From NCBI GenBank assembly GCA_028534125.1, contig CM052817.1:26166001-26230000 (forward strand): a stretch of 64,000 bases of DNA, in the 5' to 3' direction. The first letter of the stretch is position 1, and each line of letters opens with the position of its first letter. Below, piece by piece: positions 1 through 12,218 of this stretch. Both the position numbers and the translations under genes were made by a program. Source of the stretch: Lama glama (lineage: Eukaryota). A model generated the notes under the pieces. The model saw only the letters and a list, made by a program, of their open reading frames with translations. It had not been told where the DNA came from and did no database searches.

Positions 1-320
1 TATTTAATATTTAATACTACATTACTAAATCATTCTCTTGTTGAACATTTATAAGTTGTTTCTATTTTTCTCCCACTATATGTGTATTGAAAGGAGTATC
101 TTTACATAATACTTTTTATCTGAGTTTATTTGACCAAGATAGATTCCTGAAAAAGTTACTGAGTCATAGTATGTGAGCTATTCTTACTTTTATGGCAAAG
201 GTGCTTTCTAGAAAGGTTGTTGTAAATAGCTCTAGCACTGGCACTGTATGAGGCAATCCCATTTCATCAACATTCTCATCATTAATGCAATCTTTTTCTT
301 TAAGTCAAATAGAAAAACCG

Positions 321-450
321 AGGAGGGAGAGTTAGCTGAGTGGTAGAGTGTGTGCTTAGCATGCACGAGGTCCTGAGTTCAGTCCCCAGTACCTCCATAA
401 AATAAATAAACATAACCCCTAAATAAATAAATAAATAAAGTAAATAAAAT
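321..450 (+). mobile_element. tRNA-Ala-derived SINE (Vic-1-like)
   Basis: A-box/B-box-like head TAGCTGAGTGGTAGAG...GAGTTCAGTCCCCAGTACCTCC with an (AAAT)n tail. Confidence 0.85.
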
Positions 451-639
451 TTTTAAAAGATTGAAAAAGCAAAAAGGAAAAATCAAGTGTCCCATTTTAT
501 CTGTTTATTTTCTTCAATTTTTTTCTTTGAAAAACATTTGAGTTTATTTAGATAAACATTTGACCAAGCCCTCATTTAACCAATCAACTTGAGCAACTTC
601 TACGTACTAAACATTCTGTGGGCAAGTGACAGAAAAATT

Positions 640-1400
640 TTTTTTTAATTTTATTTAACTTTTTATTCAGAAAATTTTCAATTGGAAAAGTTGAAAGAGT
701 CAGTATACTTGTATCATCACTACCTAGATTCAGCAATTGTTAATGATGCTGTTATGAAGATAATTCACTACCAAAATCTAAGCATGTGTCTCCTCTTAAT
801 AACATTCTTTAACATAACCACAATATCATTAGTGTACCTAAGAAAATTGTTAATTCTTTGGTATCTAATATTCATATTTCTCCAGCTACTTTTAAAAACG
901 TCTTTTAAAATTTATGGTGGTTCTTCTGCACATACTCCCTTATTTCCTTATGATGATGCCTTAACTTGTATTTCTTGTAAACTGGAATTTAGGTATAATG
1001 GTTTGACTGGATTCAGGTTGAATATTTTTGGCGAGAAGACTCCAAGAGTAGTATTATGTACTTCATATTGAATCATATTAATAGATGTGTAATGTCAAGT
1101 GTTTTCACTGTTAGTGATGTTAGGTCGGTTGTATAATCACTTGATTAATGTGGGAGCCACAAGATCTTTTGTAAAGGTATGGTTTATTCCTTTTGCAATT
1201 AGCAAGTAAACTGTGAAGCTAAATACTCTGGTCCTTTGCAAATATCTTACTCTTTAACATCCTTTCGACTGATAAGAACCGTCATCCATTGATTTTCCTA
1301 ATTGTCAACTTTATGTTTACTTGGCTAGAATTCTTCTGGAAAGAAGAGCTTTCCATCATTAACTAGGATGAAAATTACTTATTATTGGGTAAAGATTTTG
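640..1400 (-). mobile_element. Ancient L1 3' end fragment (L1MC4/5-like)
   Basis: Poly-T start and the motif gaaaagttgaaagag...acctagattc. Confidence 0.55.
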
Positions 1401-1467
1401 TATAATAGTCACTTCCAGTGGCAACAAATGATTTTCCCCTTTCATTTCTTTTTAATCAGTGCTTGGC

Positions 1468-1572
1468 TGTCTTAGTCAGCACATGCTGCCATAACAGAAT
1501 ACCATAGACTGTGTCACATGAACATCAGAAATTAATTTTCTCACTGCTTTGGAGGCTGAGGACTTCAGGACA
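1468..1572. mobile_element. MaLR LTR fragment (MLT1A-like)
   Basis: tgtcttagtc...gctgccataacagaataccatagactg...ttttctcac...ggaggctg. Confidence 0.7.
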
Positions 1573-4500
1573 CAGCTTTGAAAGTAATTTGAGATTGGTA
1601 TCTGTTGTTTGAAAATCTTGTGTTTAAAATAATACTTATGGATTTGTCCATGTTGGGTTTTATAAAAGTTTGTGTTGAGGTGGAAGGATTACTGTAAGTG
1701 GTGGCAATGATGGTGAATATTGTCTTTTCCTTTTTTTAAGAAGAATATAATTTTCTTTCAACTTAGGTTTTTTTTTTTGTCAAATTAAGATCTGTATCAA
1801 ATTAAGGCATTTCTAGTATCTTTTTGATAAAAGTGTTCATGAAATTCTTGAATTCTTGGACTAAAAACCTTTTTGGTCACAGTGAATACTACTTTATATT
1901 TGTTATGGTATGTTAATCAAGATTTTGCTTAGAATTGCATATCTTTTTAGTGAGACTAGCCTGTATTCAGAAATGTACTGGTTACTTTTTGGGGTTCAGA
2001 GACATTATTTGTTCTATAAAATGTGTTTGTAATCATTCTATCCCTTTCATTGTTTTGAAACACTATGGGATCCTTCTTTGTAAAGTGGGATATAAGTTTG
2101 ATAACCAGGAGGCCTTTTAGAGAGTTGTTAAATTTTTGTCAGTTTAGGTATTTTTTAAAAATCTCTTATTTAATATATTACAATTGATTTATTATCTGTT
2201 TTTAATGTATAGTAAACACAATACGTTTTATCTCATTTTTTAGTTTCCTTTCTTTTTCTTGCTTTTAATTTATGTATTTTCTATTTTATCAATTGAGCCC
2301 ATGACTTTTCAGTTCTATTTTATATCAGTGAGTCATTGGTTCCATTGTTTTTCTTCCTTTTGTTTGGTTCAGTCCTTCAGTTTTACTCTTTCTTTTTTTC
2401 CTTTTTGCTGTTAGTACTTTGAATCCTTTTAAATTTCCATCTCAAATGTTCTTAGGTGATAAAATAATTTGAAAGATTAAAAAAAGTTGTTTTAAATTAC
2501 TTAAGGATATAGGATCTCATTGTTAAAATTTTTCATTTATAGAAATATACAGAATGAAAGTTTTTGATACCCATCCACCTATTTCCTTACTTTCCTTAAT
2601 CCTAATCCTTTCTTCCAAAGAGAACCTTTAACTACTTTTTTGTGCATTTAGATATCTAGACAACATAGAACTTTGAGTTTGTGAACTTTCATAAATCTAA
2701 ACAAGAGTACAGACACACTAGAAATATTTTAGCTCTGTGTGACGATAGATGATGTAAGGGAAAGCTTGTGTAGTATCACAGGACTTGTGAACAAAGAGAT
2801 CTAAGAACAGCCTTTTGAAACCTGACTAGTTTGTATGTAAAGAGTTTTATAATCCTTTAGGTTTTGGCAAGAGAATGCCACTAGCTTTGATTAATAAAAC
2901 TTTAAAATACATATCAAAATAAATTTTTATTTTTTATTTTATAATGTTTTATTATGATATTTCTGAACATTTTGCTTGAGTATTTTTAAATGGCCATGTA
3001 CTGACTTCCCTTCTAAAAAAATTACCCAGTCGTATGGATATGTTGAATATATTGCCAGTTTTATTTACCAAATTAATTTTTTTTTCCCTTAGGAAATACT
3101 CAGGTATTTTGTGGAGATGTATATATTTGATGAGTTGTCTTTTTTTCCCCTTTATTTTTCCTTTTAAAATTGTCTTAGTGTACCTGCAAGGAAATGTTGA
3201 GGTCTATGATTGAAATTATATTTATTTACTTTTAAAATTTCTGCTTTTTTTTTTAATCTTAGACAAACAGATATTATGGTATTTTTTGATGTGCTTGTTG
3301 TTTCTCAATGCTTTTTAGAAGATAGATCAATTCTTTGTGTTCTCCCCAGAGTTGTTGAATCTTTATCCATTTTTGTCTTTTAGTCTTATGTATTCCTTCT
3401 TGTAGGGAATGATTACTGGATTTTGTTTTTTAATATATTTAGTGACGTGTTTGAAGAGTTCAATGACGTAAATTTATTGTTACAACTGGTAACTTTGTGC
3501 TTCCATTTTATGTTTATCTCCATTTTTATTTGCATAAACTCTTTATTTAAAAACATAACTTATAAGGTAACTTTAACAGAATGCTATTATTTCCATGAAA
3601 TAATTAAACTTTTGGTTGTTTAAATATATGTTAATAACATTTAACAGTTAATATTCAAATAATCTTATCTCAAAAACTTTTTATTTCAAGCTTCTGTTGT
3701 GTCTGCTGATATGGTAATTGACAAATAATTTCAGATCCTCCAGATCTTGGAAATATTTTAGTGGCTCAAGGATGATTTTCATCTTGTATTTTCTTTATTC
3801 AGGAATTTTTAAAGTGTATCTGAATTATATTGTCTCTTTAGCCTCATATATAAATGTCTTTGATACTCTCAGTATGTATGAATATCTTAAAAAATATTTT
3901 ATTAGACAAAAGTACCATTATTACATCTAACAAAAATTAACCAAAACTCATGTGATAGAGTCCATATTCAGATTTCTCCAATTAGCTCAAAAACACGCAG
4001 ACTCTTTCATTTTTACAATGTCCTTTTTAGCTTTTATTCTGCAAATTTACTTTGTGTAGTTGGTATTCATAGTATAAATACCATGTTCCGTTTTTTCTTC
4101 ACATATCATCAATACTTCTGAATGTTTATTTAGTGCTCATTTAATTTTTTAAACTTGAAGACTGTTTACGTTTACAGCAAAATTGACAGGAAGGCAAAGA
4201 GATTTCCCTTGTACCTTCTGCCCCTGCACATGCATAGCCTCCCCCATTATTAATACCCCCCACCAACATATATGTACATTTGTTACAATTGATGAATCTA
4301 CACTGATAACATTCGTAATCACTCACAGTCCCTAGAACCTTAGTTTACCTATGTTCACTCTTGGTGTTGTTTATTCTGAGTTTGGACAAACGTATAATGA
4401 CATGTATTCATCATTATGGGATTATACAGAGTATTTTTACTGCCCTAAAAATCCTTTGTGCTCTGCCCATACATCCCTCCCATCCTCAAATCCCTGGCAA

Positions 4501-7500
4501 CCACTGATCGTTTTACTATTTTCCATAGTTTTGCTTTTCCAGAATGTTATAGAGTTGGAATTGTACAGTATATAGCCTTTTCAAGTGGCTTCTTTCAGTT
4601 AGTAATATACATTTAAATTTTCTCCATATCTCTTCTTGGCTTGATAGCTATTTATTATTGCTGTATAATATTCCATTATCTGGATGTAACACAACTTATT
4701 TGTCCGTTCAGCTGCTGAAGGACATCTTGGTTGCTTCCAAGTTCTGGCAGTCGTGAATAAAGCTGCTATAAACATCTGTGTATGGTTTTGTAAGAAACCA
4801 CCAACTGGAGTCATAGTGGCTGTGTAATTTTGTATTCCCACGAGGAATAAATGAGATACCCTGTTGCTCCACATCCTTGCCAGCATTTGCTGTTGTCAGT
4901 GTGCTGGCTTTGGGCCCTTCTAATCGATGTGAGTGGTATCTCATTTTAATTTACATTTCCCCGTGACTTAATGTGGAGCATTTTTCATATGCTTATTTGC
5001 CATATGTGTATCTTCTTTGGTGAGGTGTCTGTTAAGGTCTTTGTCCTTACTGGATTTTTGTTTTGTTAACTGTTGAGTTTTAAGTGTTCTTTGTGTATTT
5101 TAAGTAACAGTCCTTTGTCAGATATTTCTTTTGCAGATACATTCTCCTAGCTTGTCTTCATTCTCTGGATATTGTCTTTTGCAGATAAGTTTTTTGTTCT
5201 AATGAAGCCCTGCTTATCAGTTATTTCTTTCATGAATCGTGCCTTTGGTATTATATCTAAAAAAACATAGTTATACCCATGGTTATCTAGGTTTTCCTCT
5301 ATGTAACCTTCTAGGAGTTTTATACTTCTATATTTTACATTTAGTTTGTGATCCATTTTGAGTTAGTTTTTGTGAAGCTTGTAAAGTCTGTCTAGATTTC
5401 TTTTTCTTCTTTTTTTTTTTTCATGTGTTTATCTAATTGTTTCAGCAGTATTGTTGAAAAAGACTGTCTTTGCTCCATTGTATTACTTCTTTGGCCAATA
5501 CTACATTGTCTTGATGGTCTGGAGCTTTATAGTTAAGTCTTGAAGTTGGGTAGTGTCAGTCCACTTTTTGGTTCTTTGATGTTATTTGTCAAAGTTTTAT
5601 AGTTTTCCTCATATGTTCTTGTACATATTTTGTTAGAGTTATACCTAAATATTTCATTTTTGGGGGGTGTTAATGTAAGTGGTATTGTGTTTTTAATTTC
5701 AAATTCTGCTTGTTCACTCCTGGTATGTGGGACAGCAGTTGGTTTTTGTAAGTTAGCCTTGTATCCTGCAACCTTGCTATTATAATATTATCACTTACTA
5801 GTTTCAGGAATTGCTTTGTTAGTTCTTTCAGATTTTCTACATAGATGATCATTTCATCTGCAAACAAAGACAGTTTTATTTTTTCCTTCCCAATATGTAT
5901 ACCTTTTATTTCTTTGTTTTATTGCATTGCCTAGAACTTCAGATACGATGTTGAAAAGGGATAGTAAGAGGGGATATCCTTGCCTTGTACCTAATCTTAG
6001 TGGGAAAGCATTGTTTCCCATCATTTAAATATGATGTTAGCTGTAGGTTTTTTGTAGATATTCTTTATCAAATTGAGAAAGTTCCACTCTGTTCTAGGAA
6101 TAATTTACAGAGTTTATATTGTGAATGTTGGATTTTGTCAGATGGTTTTCCTGCATCTATTGTTTCATGTGGTTTTTCTTTTTAGTCTGTTGATGGACTG
6201 GGTTGCACTAACTGATTTTTCGAATGTTGAACCAGCATTATATACCTCGGATTAAATCCCACTTGCTCATGGTATGGGATTCTTTTTATACATTGTTGGA
6301 ATCAGTTGGCTAATATTTTGTTGAGGATTTTTACATCCTTGTCCATGAGAGATACTGGTCTGTAGTTTTCCTTTTGTCTTTGTTTGTTTCCTGTTATTAG
6401 GATAATGCTGGCCTCATAGAATGAATTAAGAAGTGTTTCGTTTGCCACTATTCTTTGAAAGAGATTGTAGAGAATTTCTTTCTTAAATATTTGGTAGAAT
6501 TCACCATTGACACCATCTGGGGCCAGTGCTTTTTGTTTTGGAAAGTTATTAACTATTAATTCAACTTCCCTGATAGATATAGTCCTATTCAGATTATTTG
6601 TCTTTGTGTGAGTTTTGGTGGGTTGTGTCTTTCAAGGAATCAATCTACTTTGTCTAGGTATCAAATTTGTGAGCTAAGTCGTTGGTAGTACTCCTTTATC
6701 CTTTTAATGTCCGTAAGGTTAATAGAGATGGTACTTTTCATTTCTGATATTTAATAATTTGTATCTTGTCTCTCTTTTTCCTTAGTTAACCTGTCTAGAG
6801 GCCTTTCAGTTTACTTGATTGATTCAGAAAACCAGTGTTTGGTTTGGTTTGGTTGATTTTCCTTTGTTTATTTTCTGTTTTCAATTTCATTGATTTCTGC
6901 TCTAATTTTTAAATTACTTTTTCTTTTGCTTTCTTTATATTTAAGTTTTTCTTTGTCTAGTTTCATGATTTTTATTTTTCTTATATATGCATTCAGTGTA
7001 AATTTTGCTCTAAACACTACTGCAGATTTTATTAAGTAGTATTTTTGTTTTCAAAGTTCAAAATATATAAAAATTTCTCTTAATATGTCTTCTTTCACCT
7101 ATGTGTTATTTAAACTTGTGTTATTTTGTGTTTTGAGGTTTTCCAGCTATCTTTCTGTCATTGATTTCTAGGTTAATTCCATTGTGGTTTGAAAGCATAC
7201 TTGGTATGATTTCTGTTCTTTTGAATTTGTAATGTGTGTTTTATGGCCCCAAATGTGGTCCATCTGGTAAATATTCTGTGTGATCTTGATAACAATGTGT
7301 ATTTTGCTGTTGTTGGATGAAGTAGTCTGTAGATAATCAATTAGATTGGATCCATTTTGATTGTTGGTGCTGATTAGTTCAACTATGCTCTTACTGATTT
7401 TCTGCCTGCTGGATCTGTTGAGTACTGGCAGAGGAATCTTAGAAGTCTTTGGCTATAATAGTGAGCTCATCTATTTCTCCTTGTATAATTCTGTTGCTTT

Positions 7501-7715
7501 TGTCTCATGTATTTTGAAACTCCGTTGTTATGCTCATACACTAAATATTTTTAATGTCTTCTTGGATAATTGACCTCTTTATCATTATGTCATGTCCCTT
7601 TTTATCCCTGATAATTTTCCTTGCTCTGAAATGTTCTTTGTCTGAAATTAAAATGACTACAGCTTTCTTTGGATAAGTGTTAACATAGTATACTTTTCTC
7701 CATCCCTTTACTGTT

Positions 7716-8756
7716 TTTTCAAAATTGTGATAAAATACATACAAAAGTTACTGTCTTTTAACCATTCATATTGTCTGTCATGCATCCAGTCTCCAGAATA
7801 TTTTCATCTTGCAAAACTGAAACTCTGTACCCAATAAACAGTAACTCCCTTTTCCCCTTAACCCGCAGCCCTGGCAACTGCCATTTTACTTTCTGACTCT
7901 ATAACTAGAATCATACAGTATTTATCTTTTTGTAACTGACATATTTCACTAGGCATAATGTCCTCAATGTTCATCCATGTTGTAGCATGTGTCAGATTTC
8001 CTTCCTTTTAAAGGCTGAATAATATTCCATGTATGTATACCATGTTTTGTTTATTCATGTGCCAGCGGATACCAGAGTTGTTTCCACCTTTTGGCTGTTT
8101 TGAATTATGCTATCGTGAATGTGAGTGTACAAATTATTTTGAGACCCTGTTTTGGTTCTTTTTTGAGTATGTAACCAGAAGAATTGCAGGATCATGTAGT
8201 AATTCTGTTTTCCCCTGTGGCTGCACCATTTCATATTCCCACCAACAGTGCACAGGGTTCCCATTTCTTTACATTCTTGCCAGTACTTGTTATTTCCAGT
8301 TTTTTTGATAGTGGCCATCTCAGTGGATGTGAGGTGGTATCTCACTGTGGTTTGGATTTGTATTTTCCTAATGATAGCTATGTAGTGATATTGAGCATCT
8401 TTTTATGTGTTTGATGACCATTTGTATATCTTGTGGAGAAATGTCTCTTCAAATACTTTGCCCATTTTTAATTGGGTTGTTTGTTTTTTGTTGAATTTAA
8501 GAGCTCTTTATATATTTTGGATGTTCACCACCTGTCATTTATATGATTTACAAATATTTTCTACCATTCCATAGGTTGCCTTTTCATTCTGTTGATTGTG
8601 TCCTTTGATACAAAGAAGTTTTTCATTTTTATATAGTCCATTTTATTTTTACACTTGTTGCCTGTGTTTTTGGTGTCATATTGAAGAAATCATTGCCAAA
8701 TACAGTGTCACAAAGCTTTTTTTGTATTTTCTTCTTAGAGTTTTATTGTTTTTCTG
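7716..8756 (-). mobile_element. Nested 5'-truncated L1 (L1MB-like)
   Basis: L1 3' end plus ORF2 C-terminus (MRYHLT...). TSD tccctttactgtt (7703-7715) / tccttttactgtt (8757-8769). Confidence 0.8.
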
Positions 8757-8805
8757 TCCTTTTACTGTTAATGTATCTGTCTTTATATTTGAAATGGATT
8801 TAAAC

Positions 8806-9178
8806 TTTTTTTAATTCTTAGTCTTTATTGAAGTGTAGTTGATTTGCAATGTTAATTTCATGTGCACAGCAAAGCGATTCAGTTATATATATACATACAT
8901 ATATATACATTTATATATATATTTAGATTCTTTTCCATTACTGCTCATTATGAAAGATTGAATATAGTTCCCTGTGCTATACAGTAGGTCCTTGTTTATC
9001 TATTTCATGTATAGTAATTTGTATGTGTTAATCCCAAACTCCTAATCTTTTCCTCCCCCATCTTCCCCCCGGTAACCACAGTTTGTTTTCTATGTCTGTG
9101 AGTCTATTTCTGGTTTGTAAATAAAATTTGTATCTTTTAAGTGACATCATATAATGTTTGCCTTTCTCTGTCTGACTT
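8806..9178 (-). mobile_element. Nested artiodactyl-type L1 3' end
   Basis: Poly-T start and motifs tttattgaagtgtagttgattt and aatatagttccctgtgctatacagtagg. The host L1 resumes afterwards. Confidence 0.75.
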
Positions 9179-11619
9179 TAAAGTAGGTTTTTTTATAGAT
9201 GATATATAGTTGAATCTTTTTTATCTACTTCAGCAGAGTATTTTGGTAGTTATATTTAGATCATTAACCTTTAAAATTATTATTGGTACAGTTGAATTAA
9301 TGCCTACCATATTTTTTATTGGTTTTCTGTTATTGTCCTTGTTCATTCTTTGTCTTTTTTGTCTTCCACTCTTTTCTGCCTTACCTGTTTTAATTGATCA
9401 TCTTATATGACTCTTTTTTTTCTCTTAGCATATTAATTGTGCTTTAAAAAAAACTTTCTTAGTAGTTACCCTTTAATTTGACATGTACACTTACTTAAAA
9501 ATGCTCTTTCAAATAACACTTTTACTTCATATGTAGTGCAAGTACTTTAAAACAATTCACATTTCCTCCTTCCCATCCTTTATAACATCTGTCATTCATT
9601 TCACTGATCCATAAGTTGTAATCACCAAATACTTTGTTGTTGTTATTTTTAATGTACAGTTATTTATAGATTAAGAATAAGAAAAATTAAGTATTTTATT
9701 TTGCCTTCATTTATTCCTTCTCTATTGGTCTTACCTTCTTTGTATACATTCTTAGTTTCTGATCTGTATCATTATTCTTTCTGAAAAATTTCTTTTAACA
9801 CTTCTTGCAAGACAGGTCTGCTAACAACAGATTGCCTCAATTTTTGTTTGTCTAAGAGGTCTTTATTCTTAATTTCTGAGGGATAATTTCATTGGATGTA
9901 GAATTCTAGGTTGGTGGGGCTTTTTTCTTCCAAAACTAAATATATTTCTTCATTCTCCTCTTGCTTCTATGAATTCTGAAGAGAAATCTGATGTAATTCT
10001 TATCTGTGCTCCTCTATAGGAAAGGTATTTTTTTTTACTCAGGCTCCTTTCAAGACTTTTTCTTTGTTTTGATTTTCAGTTTGAATATAGTATGCTTAGG
10101 AATAAATTTTGGAGGTATTTATCCTCGTTTGAACTCTGAGCTTCTTGGGTCTGTGATTTGGTATCTATCATTAATTTAGGGAAATTGTTAGTCGTTATTG
10201 CTTCAGATATTTCTTTTCTTCTTCATCTGGTATTCCCATTACTTACATGTTACATTACTTGTATGTTACTCTGTTCTTTTTCATTCATTTTTCCTTTGCA
10301 TTTCAGTTTTGAAAGTTTCTGTTGACATTTCTCCTTGCTCACTGATTTTTTTCCTTGTCCCTGTTTATCTACTAATGAGCCCATCAAAAGCATTTATTTC
10401 TGTTACAGTGTTTTTGATTTCTATCATTTCCTTTTGATTCTTTCTCTGAGTTTCCACCTCTGCTTGCATTACTCATCTGTTTGGGATGTTGTCTACTCTT
10501 TCTGTTAGAGCACTTAGTATATGAGTCATAGTTTAAAATTTTCAGTCTAATTCTGACATTTCTGTTGGGTCTGGTTCTGATGCTTCTCTACCTCTTTGTC
10601 TTTTAGTAAACCTTGTAATATTTTTCTTAAAACCCAGACATCATGTACTAGATAAAAGGAACAGAGGTAAATAGGCCTTTAGTGTGAAATTTATATTTGA
10701 CTGCCTAGGGATTAGACTGTGTTTACTGATTACAGTAGCTTTAAGTGTCAGAGACTAAAATGTCCTGAGAAGTCCTTACTTTTGTCTCCCTGTTGTCTTT
10801 GGGGTTCCTTACAGATGTCATCTTAAATAAGGTCTGAGACATGTAGTTCTTTGAGTTATAATCTCCTGTTATTTATTATATAGGAGTCCTCCGGATGTGG
10901 TGGTAAGGTTTAGGGGGAGGGGGAAGTGTTCTATAGTCCTATATTTGGGTCTCAGTCTTTTAGTGAGCCAGTGCTCCTAAACTAGGACCTTTAAAAGTAC
11001 TTCTCAACATCCTTCCCCCTTATGTGAGACTGGAAGGCTGGAGTTGGGTATTACCCCTCTCTTGGGTTGGGTAGATTTGTTAAAACTGCAACTGGTGTTT
11101 GGCTCTGGTGAAATAGTTTCTCTTGAAGGCAGGCCTTGCTAAGAACTAAATACTCTAGGCTTATTTCAAAATGGCTACCAGAATCTTGAGAGGATTTTTC
11201 TCTGATGTAAGGCCATAAGTATGTCCCCATGGCCTCAGTTTCTCATTTTTCTTCTAGTCTCTTAGTTTCCATGTTAACCCTGCTTTGGCAGGGTGACATG
11301 CCCCAAGCTTTAGATTTTTTTTTCCAAACTGCTTAGAACATAGAAATCTTTCTTATTTCTTGAACTTTAGAATAGTAGGGGAAAAATAAGTCATTTATTT
11401 TAAATTACAACAAAATAACGGCAAACTGTTAAACCTTTTAAGCCTAATTTGCAACAGATTAGGTAGAACTGAATTTCACATTTATTTACTTGATAATGAT
11501 AAGCATTGTCCCTAAATTTTGGTAGTTGTGATTTGACTAGGAAACTAATTAATAGTTTCTTTATAGCATATGAGAATTACCTATAACTTCAGGGGGTCAT
11601 TTGGAATTATATTTGCTCA

Positions 11620-11745
11620 GGAGGAGGGTATAGCTCAGCGGTTTAGTGCGTGCTTAACATGCATGAGGTCCTGGATTCAATCCCCAGTACCTCCTTTAAA
11701 AATAAATAAACCTAGTTACTCCTCCCCCCCTAAAAAAAAAAGAGA
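11620..11745 (+). mobile_element. tRNA-Ala-derived SINE (Vic-1-like)
   Basis: GGGTATAGCTCAG...GGATTCAATCCCCAGTACCTCC with an A-rich tail. Confidence 0.88.
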
Positions 11746-11939
11746 CCAAAAAAAATTCTGTTTACTTCTCTGAAATTTGGATTTGAATTGTATTTTAGAA
11801 AACCTTTTCCAGAATAAATAGGAGAGGCTAATCTGATACATTATCCCTTTTTTAAAAGTACACTGTTTGCTTTAGGTAGAAGTGTTTTGCTCCAACATCA
11901 TTATCAAAAGTCAACATATTACAGTGTTAAATGGCTAAT

Positions 11940-12102
11940 ATACATTCAGCATTTACTGTTTGACAGGCATTAGTTGTGTATTATTTAAATTCCCCAGTGA
12001 ACTGTAAGTGGTAGGTACTATTATAATCCCCAGTTGACTGAGGCTGAAACTGAGGTAGAGTGGTTGGTTAACTTTCCCAAGGTCACATAGCTAGTAAGTT
12101 TT
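11940..12102 (-). mobile_element. MIR SINE fragment
   Basis: Core motif gaaactgagg...aactttcccaaggtcacatagctagtaagt. Confidence 0.7.
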
Positions 12103-12218
12103 GTTTTATTATTATTTTTTTATTTATTCATTTATTTTTAGAGGAGGTACTGGGGATTGAACCCAGGACCCTGTACATGCTCAGCATGCACTCTGCTGCT
12201 TGAGCTATACCCTCCCAC
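12103..12218 (-). mobile_element. tRNA-Ala-derived SINE (Vic-1-like) with 17-bp TSD, inserted in a MIR
   Basis: Reverse complement of the same head. CATAGCTAGTAAGTTTT is duplicated at 12086-12102 and 12219-12235. Confidence 0.92.

Larger units (their letters stand above)
4141..11250 (-). mobile_element. Near full-length decayed ancient L1 (L1MC1-like): 3' UTR, ORF2, ORF1 and 5' remnants, interrupted by two nested L1s
   Basis: Minus-strand ORF fragments resemble L1 ORF2: MFIAALFTTARTWKQPRCPS (C-terminus), MFADEMIIYVENLK (RT FADD region) and KGWRKVYY..ILISDK (endonuclease). L1MC-type 3' end at 4141-4780. Confidence 0.85.

Noticed and set aside
682..1071. 129-aa ORF
   Set aside because: Non-ATG start, lies in a decayed L1 3' fragment, and has no recognisable protein features.
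4599..8345. Minus-strand ORFs resembling reverse transcriptase and endonuclease
   Set aside because: Short, frameshifted remnants of dead L1 ORF2, not an active element or a novel RT system.
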